Below are positions 1-12,907 of a DNA stretch of 64,000 bases, piece after piece. The stretch comes from Trichosphaerium sp. ATCC 40318 (Eukaryota; Protista; Tubulinea). The stretch is taken from the NCBI GenBank assembly GCA_038496445.1, contig JALMLS010000500.1, positions 18,972 through 82,971 on the forward strand, read 5' to 3'. The translations under genes and the position numbers were made by a program. The stretch's first letter is position 1. Every line of letters starts with the position of its first letter. The notes under the pieces are model-generated. The model was not told the origin of the DNA. It was given only the letters and a program-made list of their open reading frames with translations, and searched no databases.

Positions 1-21
1 ATTGACAAAACTACATTTTAG

Positions 22-2101
22 GCTTGGTAGCTGCCTGTTACCTCGCGAAACAAGGGAAAAAAGTGGCAGTTGTAGAGAAACGGCATGTGGTAAGCGCGCA
101 AATCTCAAATAGAAGTTGACCTTAATTCAACAGCTTGGTGGCGCTGCTGTGACGGAGGAAATAGTCACTGACTTCAAGTTTTCGCGATGCTCTTATGTAC
201 TTTCCCTTTTTCGACCTGAGATCATCAAAACCTTAAAACTACACGACTATGGCCTCAAATTACTCCCAAGGTAAGGTAATTTTTATATTTGTGTTTCGTG
301 GTACTTTCTCAAACACGTGTTTTTTATTTTTTCCATTCTAACGTTCGAAAAGAGATCCTTCATCATTTACTCCGACGCGTGAAGCATCAGGTGATTATCT
401 TCTGCTTGGCAGTGACCCTAAGTTTAATCACGATCAAATCGCAAAGTTCTCAACACAAGGTACTGAATAGTAACATGTTTTCTTCTTTTGTAACAAGCTT
501 AGATGCTAAAAACTTTCCCAAATACGAATCTCTTCTTGAACGTGTTGTGGACGTCATTGAACCAATACTTGATGAGCCACCCATAGATATGAGTCGAAAA
601 AAACTAAAAGCAAGCATAAAAATCCAGGAAGATTCCTAACTTACAGTAGGACGTACTCTCTCAAGCAGCTTCAGCAATGCAACTCGTAAAGAGAATGAAA
701 AAATCGGATGCCAGTGTATCAGATGTTTACGAGATAATGTCCGCCCCTGCGTCAACAATACTGGACAGGTGGTTTGGTATGTTCAATTCTGCACAGTAAA
801 AGCTCATTTTAGTTTAGAGTCGGATATTCTAAAAGCAACACTTGCAACGGATTCTGTTATTGGGGCTATGACAAGTCCTTATTCTGAAGGCTCAGCTTAT
901 GTGTTACTACACCATTGTACGTTACAGAAAATATCTGAATTATGCCTACAAGCTGATAGTTATTAGTAATGGGTGAAACTAATGGAAAAAGAGGTGTTTG
1001 GTGCAACGTTCAAGGAGGAATGGGTGGAGTTAGGTACGAATTTTTGTACATCTTATGACTTTCTCACAACCCACAGCCAAGCCTTATCAAGGGCAGCAAC
1101 TGACTTGGGCGTCGAGATGTTTACAAACACTAATGTAAAGGAGATACTTTGCAATAATGGCAACGCAAGCGGTATTCTCTTAGATGATGATACTGTGGTT
1201 GATTCCAAGATTGTGTATCCTTCCAAATGATCACTGTAGTTGCTGTGTCTCATATTAGAATTTCTTAATAATCTAGACTATCCAATGCAACACCAGAAGT
1301 TACTTTTAATAAGTTATGTCGCCCTGAAGATCTACCAGATTCTTTTAAGAAGCATGTTAAAGGAATAGATTACAGCTCAGCAACGCTGAAAATGAACGTA
1401 GCACTAGATAAGATCCCTGATTTTCTATGTTGTGTACGTTAATCGAAGAAAAACAGCTTACTCATGGCACCTTAACTAGAATACTCACGGCAAGGTTGGT
1501 CCACAACATCATGGCACAATTCACCTTGAAGGATCTATGGAGGAAATACATCAATCTTATGTAGATGCAGTAACAGGCATACCATCTAAAAACCCAGTTG
1601 TTGAGATGACGTATGTCGAGTTTTATTTTTCAAAGAAAGTGTACTCAAACTGTTTTTTTTAGAATACCTTCTGCTCTAGATAACACCCTTGCGCCTGAAG
1701 GGAAACATGTGGCTTTATTTTTTGTCCAATATGCTCCGTATAAGTTGAAGCAAGGCCTGACTTGGGAAGATCCTAGTCTAAAAGAGAAGTTCGCTGATAC
1801 TGTGTTTGATAAAGTGGAACAGTTTGCTCCTGGCTTCAAATCATCTGTAATAGGACGTGATATTCTGTCCCCTCTTGATCTGGAGCGTGAATTCTCATTG
1901 ACAGGCGGTAATATATTCCATGGTAGCATGTCTTTGAACCAGCTGTATTTTATGAGACCTGCACCAAAGTTCTCTCGTTACCATACACCCATTGATGGGT
2001 TATACTTGTGTGGTGCAGGTGCTCACCCTGGTGGCGGTGTGATGGGTGCATGTGGAAGAAATGCAGCACTGGCAGCACTAGCAAGCCAAAGTAGTTGGTA
2101 A
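22..2101 (+). CDS. PYROXD2: Pyridine nucleotide-disulfide oxidoreductase domain protein 2 (phytoene dehydrogenase-like); 5'-partial, multi-exon
   Basis: Spliced exons give [23 protein letters not shown]|[39 protein letters not shown] and the C-terminal GGNIFHGSM...[23 protein letters not shown]. Confidence 0.92.
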
Positions 2102-2450
2102 TAAACTATTAATCTACCTATCTAAAAAGTGATTGCGTGTTACTGTTGTATAAAACAGTGAGTAATTAACAATAGGACTTGTTAGTGTCAAACAAGATAC
2201 AATGCCTTCAACGTGATATCAAAAGGACTACTAAAATCAGCTAAAATGCGACTTCTTGGACATTTGAACAACTCTTTGCAATGCTGCTGAACTTAGTGTA
2301 TCAGGTTGATTTCTTAATTCTTTTTATTGACTAAAATGTGTTGTGTTTGTAAGCTAGTGGTGGAAAACATATACTCATACTTGCCCAGAAAGGGTGTTTA
2401 AACCTCTAGTACTACAAAGATCAAAACTGACAGTGTGCCCGTGGGTAATA

Positions 2451-3363
2451 TTAATGTTTAGACATGTTCGTTTTGATTTGGCCATTCACCAAGGAAGTAA
2501 ATACACCCACCAAAGGCTCATGTTCTCTGGCTTTTCCATCAATATATTCACAATGATAACCTACAGTACTGTCTTCTTTAAATATCAGATGGTGTCCGTC
2601 TAAACATCCATCTATATAGAACATGTAGCAATGAAGTGCCCCAGACTTGTACCACCAACGATGCTCACCTACTCTTTTGTCATCCTTGTACCATCCAAGG
2701 TGATAACGCTTTTTATTACTATGCCAGAACTCTGCCTTCCCATCTAACTTACCTTGTTTGTAGTAACATACAATGCTGGGTTGACAAACAGGGTACACCC
2801 ACCACTTTGTGAATGCACCATGTTTCTTACCATTAACATAAGTTGTATGCTTATACAACTTACCTGCAACAGACCACTCTTTGTAATCTCCATCAAGCAT
2901 CCCATCTTTATAAAAGCATAACACTCCAAGCACAACTCTAAGCGTATCATCAAGGGAGAGTTTTCTGGGTCTGTGCCATTCTCGATATTCACCATGTAGC
3001 TTGTCATCCTTGTAATTACAAAAAACTCTAGGACTTCCTTTTGGGTACCACGTTTTGCTCTCGCCTACTTTTAAACCATGTTCAAAAGTACAGTGTCCAT
3101 CGAATCCCCGTTTGATAAACAGTCCATGCTTATTTAATTCAGTATCAAATCGTGAAGTGCATGCTGCTTGGAAGGAGAGAAGCGGCCATTGATAATACAC
3201 GCGATTAATCCAAAACGCAACGTCTGTCTCAGCATCTAGTCGGAAAATCATGTGCTGAAGCTCCAAAGGTAATGACAGTAAATGCAGGCCTTCAGGAGGA
3301 TATCTTAAAGACTAGGTGAGTTAAATGCACTACTTTTTGTACCATACAATCGCAGATCGGCAT
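2451..3363 (-). CDS. F-box plus MORN-variant (YwqK-like) repeat protein
   Basis: Repeats of the form YKDDKLHGEYREW, YKDGMLDGDYKEW, YVNGKKHGAFTKW. The same frame extends upstream to LHLLSLPLELQHMIF (F-box start). A putative 31-nt intron joins a short first exon MPICDCM; the start is uncertain. Confidence 0.75.
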
Positions 3364-3637
3364 GGTCGACGTCCATGTTAAATAAGGCCCACTAGCAAGC
3401 CGTCGTGAAGTTTATGTTGTTTTTGAATAGGTTTGACATACAGTTGAATAAAAAAGGTGACAGGGCATTTTTGGCACTAATTCAAAAACAAGTCTAATTT
3501 AAACAAGCCTAAATCAGAATACCATTTTTCCAAAATCATAGGTTAGACGGACTCCATATACGTCAAGGACAACAAGCCAGAAATGTAGAAAATACAATTA
3601 TTACAAACTTGATACAAGTATTTTTTTTTCATTTAAA

Positions 3638-6373
3638 TTACACACCCACTTCACTTTCGTCGCTTTGTTCAGATTCTTCATCATCATCTTCATCATCTGG
3701 ATACTCGTCTTCCTCAACATCGAATATCATTACACGTCGTGGATCGCAGTAAACAGCTGCAAGACCATTACTTGCACGCACACAAGCTGAACGAGGAAGC
3801 TCTCGTTTTTTGGTTTCCACCATTTCAAAATTCATAGTCGCCTGTAGCTTTGTGACTAAACGACATAATATAGTCATTGCGTACCTTGGCACACTGCCGC
3901 TTATATATATCCACTAATGATTTTATTTCAGTAGGCATTGTATCTTCTGTAGACAGCCATGATAGCAATGAATTTGATGAGTCTAAAATCATGTGATTTA
4001 GTAACCTTACAAAAACTAAATGACCAATAACGCACCATCCTTGCTTTCCAATACGAGCAGGGAGTTTGTATCGAATACAGCAAAATCGACAAGTTTATGG
4101 TCATCGTTAGGTTTTAGACAAACTGTGGAACAGTCATCACAGTTTATAATACAAAGACCATCTTTAGAGTTCAAAGCAGCAAAATACAGAACCAACTTAT
4201 CTGGTGCTACATAAAAAGATGCCTTGAAAGGTGATTCTGCATCTGTAGTGATAAGCCTTACAGTCCTCGATACTTGAATCCGTTTTTTAATAACACTTGC
4301 AGGACGCTTAAGAATAGGTTGTAAGGCAGAATATAGTTCTTTGGATGACAATTTTTGCTCATTGTCGTCTACAACTCAGATTAAGGGAATGACACTTGTA
4401 CGTCATAAAAGGTGCACCTTTGAAACATTCGCCTATAGGATCTGTTCTAATACCAAGTATGAACATGGCAATATCTTCTTCTTTATACGACGCTGTCAAT
4501 TGAGGTGGTTGCTTTTCAGGGTCATTCGTAAGTTGGTGACGAGCTAATTTGTTGTCAATACAGGAGTGGGAACTTTTAAAAAGAAAACACGTGCCTATAG
4601 CTAACCAAGAAAAGAATGAAGTAAACTCATGTTTTCTCTTACTTACAACACTGATACTATGCTCGATATTATGTAAAAACTTTTTGGCAACATTAAAAAA
4701 CCAGTCAATGTCCTTTGCAAAAAACGAGAATGTCAGCCAAACCAAGATAAAAACAAGAAAGGATTCGTACATTAATCCGTAACCCAATGGCAGAGAACCT
4801 CTCTGTCCTAAGAAGCTCAGTAAATATACAACATTTGTATTAATCACTTACCAAGATGCAAATGATTTGAGCTTGCTTACACGATATAGTAGCTGCTCAG
4901 CAGCGCATCTTAGATGCGTCAATGCGAGCACTTCAATTTCTTGACATGTCACTTGTATTAAGGTTTGCAATTTGCTGAGATGCTATCAAACAAAGTCAGC
5001 AATTGAACGGTATAACGCAAACAACAAGAATATTATTAAGAACAAGAAATACGTACTTGTTCATTGAGCACGTGTAGTAGAAAGTCAGCAATTGCGTCAC
5101 CAGCAGAACCACAAGTAAGTAACTTAAGCATCTGTTCTTCCAAGGAAATAGGAACATCTTCATTAGCTGGCCTATCTTGCTCCTCTACAAAGCAACATGT
5201 AAGCAGTTATTACGTATGCACGGGACGTGCCTTGAACAAACGTTTGAAGTTTCTTTATCTTTTCGTTGAACTGACTTATTGGCTCCTTCCACGTTTCTTT
5301 AACTTTAGCTATCCCTTCATCTATCTCAACAAGTAACTTCGAAATTTGCCCACATTGCCATGCTAGCTCTCTAATTTCGCTTTCTTGCTCTGATACAGCT
5401 GTAGTGTTGAATGTAACCAAGTGATACTCAACAACATTTCCACTTTGTACCCTAGATAAAGAGTGTAATCGCTGTAATGATGCTTCCATGTTGAATGCAC
5501 TCATAGACAAAGACTAAACCTCAAAATGAGTGCGAACTACCTTTGGTATAAGTGTACCACTCCTGCTGATGCAGGTATCTTCATAGCAGTTCTTACAAGA
5601 TCAGGGGAAACTTGTGCAATAAGAAAAGTTCCAAATGCACTGGGAAAGAAAGTAAGAGAGTGCCAGCAAGTACAGTAATATGTCGTACGATAAGGAAATA
5701 ATCTCTTCTTGATTACACGACAACATAATAGAAAGCGAAGAAGGTTTAGCTTCTGGAGCTCCAACGTTTTCACAGTACTGTAACGGTTCCCTGCAACCGT
5801 TAGAATTGATAAAATCTTGATGGTGCCAGTATGGTACCTGTTCTGTGCGCTGAGACCAAGAACAGGAGGATAGAATGTCGCCAGCGCGTCATCATAATTT
5901 CGAGATGGGTTTGTGCCTGGACGGTTCTTAATCCATGAAATCGCCTTTGTACCTTCTGCGTGGTTGTTAAAAAGCAGAAAGGAAATGAGTATAAGTACGC
6001 TGATGTTCCGAATGTAAACGACCACTTTGTACATCCTCGTTTTTTTCAATATCGTATAATTTGATAGAGTCGTCACTTTGAGCAATAGAAATGACCTTCC
6101 CTGTAGAAATGTTTAAATGACGCGCCAAAAAAAATCAAAAGTACCATCAGGCCGCCAGGCAAACGCAGTAATTGCGTCATCCGCGTTTATATTTACAACT
6201 TTTTGCCACCCAGTACGATGTACAGTTATAACGTCCTCAGTGCTCACTGTTGCCAATAAATCCATCGTAGGACTCCATTCTAACGCTTTCAGATCGCAAG
6301 AAAGCCCAGTGTCCTTTATCAGCTCAAAAAACTTTATTGGCTCATCCTCCTCCGTATTGGAGTCTGTATCCAT
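3638..6373 (-). CDS. APC4: Anaphase-promoting complex subunit 4, multi-exon
   Basis: N-terminal ALEWSPTMDLLA...HRTGWQKV...FAWRPDG is the APC4 WD40 start. The middle has FTSFFSWL. The C-terminus is VRASNGLAAV...RRVMIFDVEEDE plus an acidic tail. Confidence 0.88.
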
Positions 6374-6667
6374 TTTTCAACCTTTCGCAAACGCAAATGA
6401 AGTGTCAACACTGACTTTGCTTGACAAACAATGAAAAAATTAACGTCAATTCGAGAATTCTGCAAAATAACAACTTAAAGTCGCAACCATCAAGGCACAA
6501 CGACGTGGACGATTTGCGGCAAGAACTGTATTTTTCTGCAACGCACAAACAAATATTACAAAGATCAGGTGCAACCACCTGATCGAAAGCGCGTTCCAAC
6601 AAACAACACTCGGGTTTTTCAGGTTTTTTTTTTTGACATCATGTCAAAAATATTGGGTGTTCTATAT

Positions 6668-9600
6668 TCAAGGTCCGTCATTGGTAGTACCCTTATTCTT
6701 GCCTTTTTTCTTCTTAGATTTTGAAGTATCAAGTGCTGGTTCTGATATAGCTTGCACGAGTTCATTAAGAAGCGTTTTGTAAGTGCTACGGAATTGTTGC
6801 CTGAATAGCTTGCTGTGATATGCCGCCAATTCTGCATTGACCATCTTCTCCAACAACCAGTTTCGTAGTTGATCATCATGAGAGAAAACAGGTGGGTAAG
6901 GTACAGGTGGTCCAAAACGTGGTACATCAGCCTGAGATGCCACACTTACTGTGTAGTACACTTTTGAGTTTCTACAAAATAATTAATGAAATTTTCAAAA
7001 CAACCAATTTATTGATCACAAAGAAAATTACGTACGCAGTTGCATTGGCCTCCTTTAGTACACGAACAACAATAATTATTTGAATATAATTGGATTTGAC
7101 AGTAGTAGGATCAAAAGGATCAGATCCTTCCTCTTGAAAAACGACCAATATGATGTCGTTTCCTATGTGTCGTTTTTTTGCCCACTAAAAAAAATTGTCA
7201 GTCAAATACTGTTATTCTGTCTCGTTTACCTGTTGATTATTATCCTGTGTAGGTAACATAGTAGCAACATGATACATAATCTCATTATTTCGGAACTTTG
7301 TAGTGATAGCGTGTGTTCCAGTAGTATTGGCTATTAAATCATTTAGTACAATCAGAAGTTAAAAGTCCTACGAAACGTACACTTAGCATCCAATCCACCC
7401 AAAAAGCCTGTGTAGCCCTGCATTACAACGCGACTACCAAGCAACGTCAAGAATTTCTCGTAGTCAGCACTTCCAGCGGAATTACAGAACATTTCCTCTT
7501 CCTTACTCTGACCTACTTTACAAAGCATGACACCAAACTTAAATTTATGCGTCACGCGCATATCACGCTGCTCGTAAGCCAAAAATCCCTATTCATGTTG
7601 CGTAAGTATTTATCGCTCAAAGTAATTAATTTAAAAAAAGCCAACCTGTTGAAGACCATGTTTCTTCTCACAAATCTTGAATTCCTTGTTTTCAAATGTG
7701 GGGAAAATTTTTTTAAGTCCTTCCAAACTTCTTTCAGGCCAACTGTCATACTGCTCCTTTGAAATAGGAAGACAACCCTTCTTAATACCCTTTACATACT
7801 CGTAAGCCATCCAGTAATATTACAACTAAACGTACATCTTTCGATCGAATAATAGCCCTATAACTGTACACACCATTATCATTCTAAACAATACGATAAG
7901 TATAACTTCTCCATGACGTATAATAACGCACTTCAGCCTTAATGGAGGCTATTACCACTTCATTGGAGTCCTGAGGCGTTATAAAATTTCTATGCTCTAA
8001 GGAAATACGAAGTGAGAAACACAAAAAGAAAAGATCAGTTCGCTACCTTGACCCAAAAAATACTCTTGATACCAGTGAGAGTTATGTGGAAGATAATCTT
8101 TCCACGTCTCGGGTGAGACATCAGTAGTACCTCCTTCCACAATGAACCCAGTGGAACCAGTTACAACATTTATGGACGCAAAAATCTCTTCAACTCTCTC
8201 AACGACAGCTGTTGCTTCATTGAACACACCGACATCAGTTTGTGCAGTAAGTTTTGCAAGCACACTTTCCAATTTTGATACCAAGAATGCTATAGTAGGA
8301 ATTATCCTCTTAATAATACGTTGGAGTTTTGGATCAGTGATCATATCTTCTTCCTCTTGCGTAAGCACTGGAGGCTCAAAGTCTTTATCTGCTTCTATTG
8401 AATCCAATTGTTTTCCAAGCATCACAACCAATTTAGAGAACTGAGACACCCGAACAAAACTACTGGTGCTCCTCACTGTGTAAAAGGCAGCTGATATAGC
8501 ATTCAGTTTTTCAATATGCTCATGTAGGAGCTTCTGAATGGGGTCTAGCTTGTATGGAGGCATGCTTGGTTGCTTGCGTTGATTCTGATATTGTTGGCGG
8601 GCCTTGGCATGGGCACGCAATGGTACTTTTGCTTGAGTAATCGTTGTACTTTGTTTAGGTCTAGTCGTTTTGGCCTGTTTACTATGTCGCGCGCCAGCTC
8701 CAGCTTTGGACTAATGGTGTCAAAAAAATCTACTTTTAAAAATACAGCCATAAAAAATAATATTACCCCAGATCCAGAATCTCCTGCGCCGCTATTAATA
8801 CTTGACACTGACTGAGAAGCAGTTTTAGTTGGAATGGCTGGTGGGTTATATCCTAGCAAACAAACGATTAGTCGCGGCACAAAAGCGCACAGAATTGGGT
8901 TAAAAAAAAAAAGCGAAGACGAAAAAAACCTTGTTGCTCAAATTCTAATTCAAGTGGTACCTGGGAATCTGTAGAAGAAAAACGCATCCTTGAATGGGTG
9001 TGACTTGCTAACGTGTTCTATGAGGTTACGCTTTCGTAGTGCTTCGCCAAAGGCAGTGGCTTGCTTACGCGTCCAGCCAAATTCTTTGCATAACCACAAA
9101 ATTGCTTCTGATCCAATAAACGAGCATTTGTATGTTTTGAAATGATAAACACGATCACGAATGTCAACACCCTGACGAAATTGTATAAATTTTAATTGGA
9201 AATCGCTCTCATTTAGCTCAGTAGTCGAAGATATGAATCGGTAAAAGTAGAATCCATCACGGAAAAAAGGTATTCGTGATACGTGCTCCATCATTCCTCT
9301 ATCAACGAGCATTTGGCAGAAATACACAGACTCCTCGCGGTCCCATTCCATCTCACTTACTAGCCAATCAACTGCTTCGAGAGCTAAATTGGGATTATTT
9401 AGTGTTGTGTTAAAAAAATATTGCGTGCAGTCATTTGCAACTGCAATCAATACTGTGGCTATAGCCTTCTTTGCCAAAGTAGCCAAAAGTAATAATAAAT
9501 AAAACCGCTTAAAATCAACGCGTTGCTTACTATTTGCAAACGTGACGACGTTGTAGCGTGGGGAGGTTACATAACGGCGTAGTGTTGCAAAAAGAGTAAA

Positions 9601-10001
9601 ATAAAAAAAGATTTTTTTTGTAGAACGGGTTAAAACGCTCTCACGAATTCTATTTGAGCAATAAGATTCGCGAGGCATGCTTTGTAAACGAAAATAAAGA
9701 AACTACGAGATCTGACTTCGATTGTTTCTTTTTTGAGCTTTTTTTTTGTCACCAATTGTATCAATTGTATATCTATTCGGCAGAAAAACACTAAAATACT
9801 CGTATCTGAACGCGCACCAATGAAACAGTCGTCATACAGCTTGTCGTTGTACTTGTTCGCCTTGATCTCAATGCCATTAGGTCCAGAAGCCATCTTATCG
9901 ACAACAGCTTGAATACCAAAATCGATCAGGGCAGCATAGACACGCTTCTTGTCTACCTCCCTCCCGTTTGCCTTAGGAGGATCACTTGGTAGTTCACTCA
10001 T
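6668..10001 (-). CDS. Rap GTPase-activating protein with two N-terminal DEP domains, multi-exon
   Basis: RapGAP motifs HKFKFGVMLCK, EEEMFCN, GFLGGLD, EIMYHVATM and KKRHIGNDII (Asn thumb). DEP motifs CFIALEAVDWL...EHVSR...FYFYRF and SFIGSEAILWL...EHVSKSHPFKDAFFFYRF. Exons join in frame through GT-AG introns. Confidence 0.85.
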
Positions 10002-10239
10002 TTTTTTGTAAGATTGCAGGCCTTTTTGTATTGCATGTAGTAAATAGTCAGGCCAAAAGCGTTTTTGGAACTTCAACGACCGTTGCCAAAAAAAACGCTA
10101 ACGCTGTTGTTTTTACCATAAAACCCCCTTGTGCTCTTTCGCAAAAAGCTTGACTGTGTGATAGTAATCAAATTGGTCACACGTGAAAAGACATCAAAGA
10201 TCTAATTCTCAAACTCACACTACCAATAGTATAAACATA

Positions 10240-11273
10240 ATGGTAATTTAACTAATCATAATTTTTTTTTCTCTTTCATCATGTTTTGATCGCTATTCAC
10301 GCTGCCGATTGCTTGCGCTTACTACACGCGGTTCCTCCTGTCTAATAATTTTTTTGTAGACTGACCACAAACTGAGTACTCTAATTCTCGTTGTTGGTGA
10401 CATACACATCCCACACAGAGCCTCTAGCATCCCAGCAGAGTTTAAAAAGCTACTAGTACGTTGTAGCTAAAATTTAAGCGCTATTACAACCAAAAAAATA
10501 CAAAAAAAAAATTAACTCTACTTTTCCGACACGAGCTTGTGGCTTTTAGCCTTCTATGTTACTAACTCGCGCCAGGTACCTAACAAAATTCAACACATTC
10601 TCTGTACTGGTAATCTCTGCTCTAAAGAAACATACGACTATTTACGAACACTTGGTAGTGACGTTCATGTCGCAAAGGGCGATTTCGATGAGGTGAGACT
10701 TAGTTTTTTAGAAACAGCTGTAACTTCTATTAATCTGACACGTACTTGCCTAGAACTCCACCTATCCAGAAAATAAGATCGTCACTATTGGAGAATTTAA
10801 GATAGGTCTTGTACACGGCCATCAAATCATACCTTGGGGTGATCAAGAAGTATGTGATTTCTAAGCGTTGCGCCAAATCTATAATATCTGTCTTAATCCT
10901 CTACTAGGCCTTGGCCATGCTACAACGTAAGCTAGATGTCGATATTCTCAGTACGTTAATAGTTTTTTATTCTTTTATTTTAATTCTAATATTTCTGAAC
11001 AGTACACGGTCACACACATGAGTTTAAAACGTTCCAAGCGAACGGTAAATTTTTTCTTAATCCAGGCTCTATCACAGGCTCCTACAATGGCTTTACAACG
11101 TACTACTGGACATTTTATTATTGGGTTTTTTTATTAACATGTTATTTAGCGATGTAACGCCAAGTTTTGCTTTGATTGACATTCAAGGCAACAGAGTTAT
11201 CACGTACCACTACCAGCTCAAAGATGGCGCTGTTAAAGTAGCAAAGATCGACTATGTCAAAGAACAACAATAA
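10240..11273 (+). CDS. VPS29: Retromer subunit VPS29
   Basis: ATG-only first exon, then [25 protein letters not shown]|[30 protein letters not shown] and FLNPGSITG. Confidence 0.96.
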
Positions 11274-11388
11274 ACACCTTGATTTTACTATAGCAAAAGT
11301 GTCAAGTTCAACACTGCAACAGTTAAAACAAACACGACGACAAAGAAATCAAGGCACTTATTACTTTATACAAAAGCCAAACTTTACT

Positions 11389-12700
11389 TTAACTTATCAG
11401 TTTCTTTGCGTATTCATACGCAGCGAATGCAAGTGCATTTGCCGGCACTGCTCTAATGACACATACTGAGTATCCTTTCCAAAACCCCATCCATCCTTCT
11501 GTCTTTAATATGTGCCTTGCACAACTTATCATCGAATCATATTTATTTTGCGAAGGATGTGCTGCGCCAGCTTGCATGTGAGATTTTATAGTATCCAAAG
11601 GATAAACTGAACTCCAGAAACCGAAACCTTTACTAAATGTTAGATAGGAATTATCACATCGTATTGTACGCACCTGCTGCGCCACCAGCACACAGAATAG
11701 ATGCGAAAGGACTAAGACCTGTTGCACCAAGTGACAACTTTACTATCTGCTTCTATGTAAGTACAGAAACGATGAAAGTGTAAGGAACCTCATATGTTGT
11801 CAAGTATACACCATCACCAATGGAGTTTCTCATCAAGGTAGGATAGCCACCTTGAAACAAGCCTAGTGATTGTGTTATAAAATGTTACTCGAGGATATTA
11901 AGTGTACCATTTATACCGGACGTTTTTATTGTCTGTGTTAGGCAATGAATAGAGTTTTTGTATTTTGGATTAACAGTCGCATGTGTTTGTGACTACAAAC
12001 CAGTTAAGGGAATGAACACGTGATGATATTAGGCAGAATGTCTTACCTGCATTTTGTTCTTTATTACTTCTATTGGACAATTAATAAGTGTGCAAACAGC
12101 GCCTACAAATCATTAACTGAACAATATCGCCGATTGAAGGCTACCTGTAGTAAGTCCAGCAGCTACCAACAGATGCAAAGGTGGCATTTTGCTATGCACG
12201 CCATCCAGGTTGTCTCCAAGCACGACACGCTTTACCAAACCGTACACCTTGGAATTTGTGATTCTCGGTTATCAATCGTGACAAATGGCGTACATAAAAA
12301 TACCACGTGCTATTTAATATGCTTCCATACAAAGGAGATGCAGCGCCTTTGTACAGGGCAAGTACGCCTTCTTTTTTAACTGTGGTGCGCATACAGTCAA
12401 GTACTCCTTGGTGGCTATCGTTAGCGAGCGTGGTGATGCAAACTAATGGTTCTTTATCCTACCTCGATACAAAGGCGCTGTCGGATTTTGTATCTGTAAT
12501 CTAACCTGTTTTTTGTAAGTACGGAGGCATATTGTACGCGTAATACCTTTACCTGAGTACTGTTAGCGAAATAGTGGAAAGGATGTGTATACACGTACAG
12601 TATCGAGAGGGTGCCCTACTGCTATGATCATTACGCCTCTAAACGCTCCGCCAAAGATATCCTTAAACACATTGTGTGTATTTGATACTGTGTCACTCAT
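11389..12700 (-). CDS. Mitochondrial carrier (SLC25, carnitine/ornithine carrier-like)
   Basis: Three PxD/ExxK carrier motifs (HPLDT|VK|VRLQ; PIEVIK; YPLDTIKSHMQ), plus EGVLALYKG and EGWMGFWKG...RAVPANA. Confidence 0.9.
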
Positions 12701-12907
12701 TTCGCTATGTTATGTAGTTACAGGGTTTCTCATACACGCCATTGTTCCAGAAAGTCATATTTGACCAATACTTGACTAAATGACCATTTTTATAAATGTC
12801 AAAATTGTTCGAGCCAAAAATTTAGTTCACTAAAATAAAAGTTGTACCAAGCCACTTTACTTTGAAGTATTGTAGACAGTGAACCGTGTGGGTGCTCCAG
12901 ATTGCCA

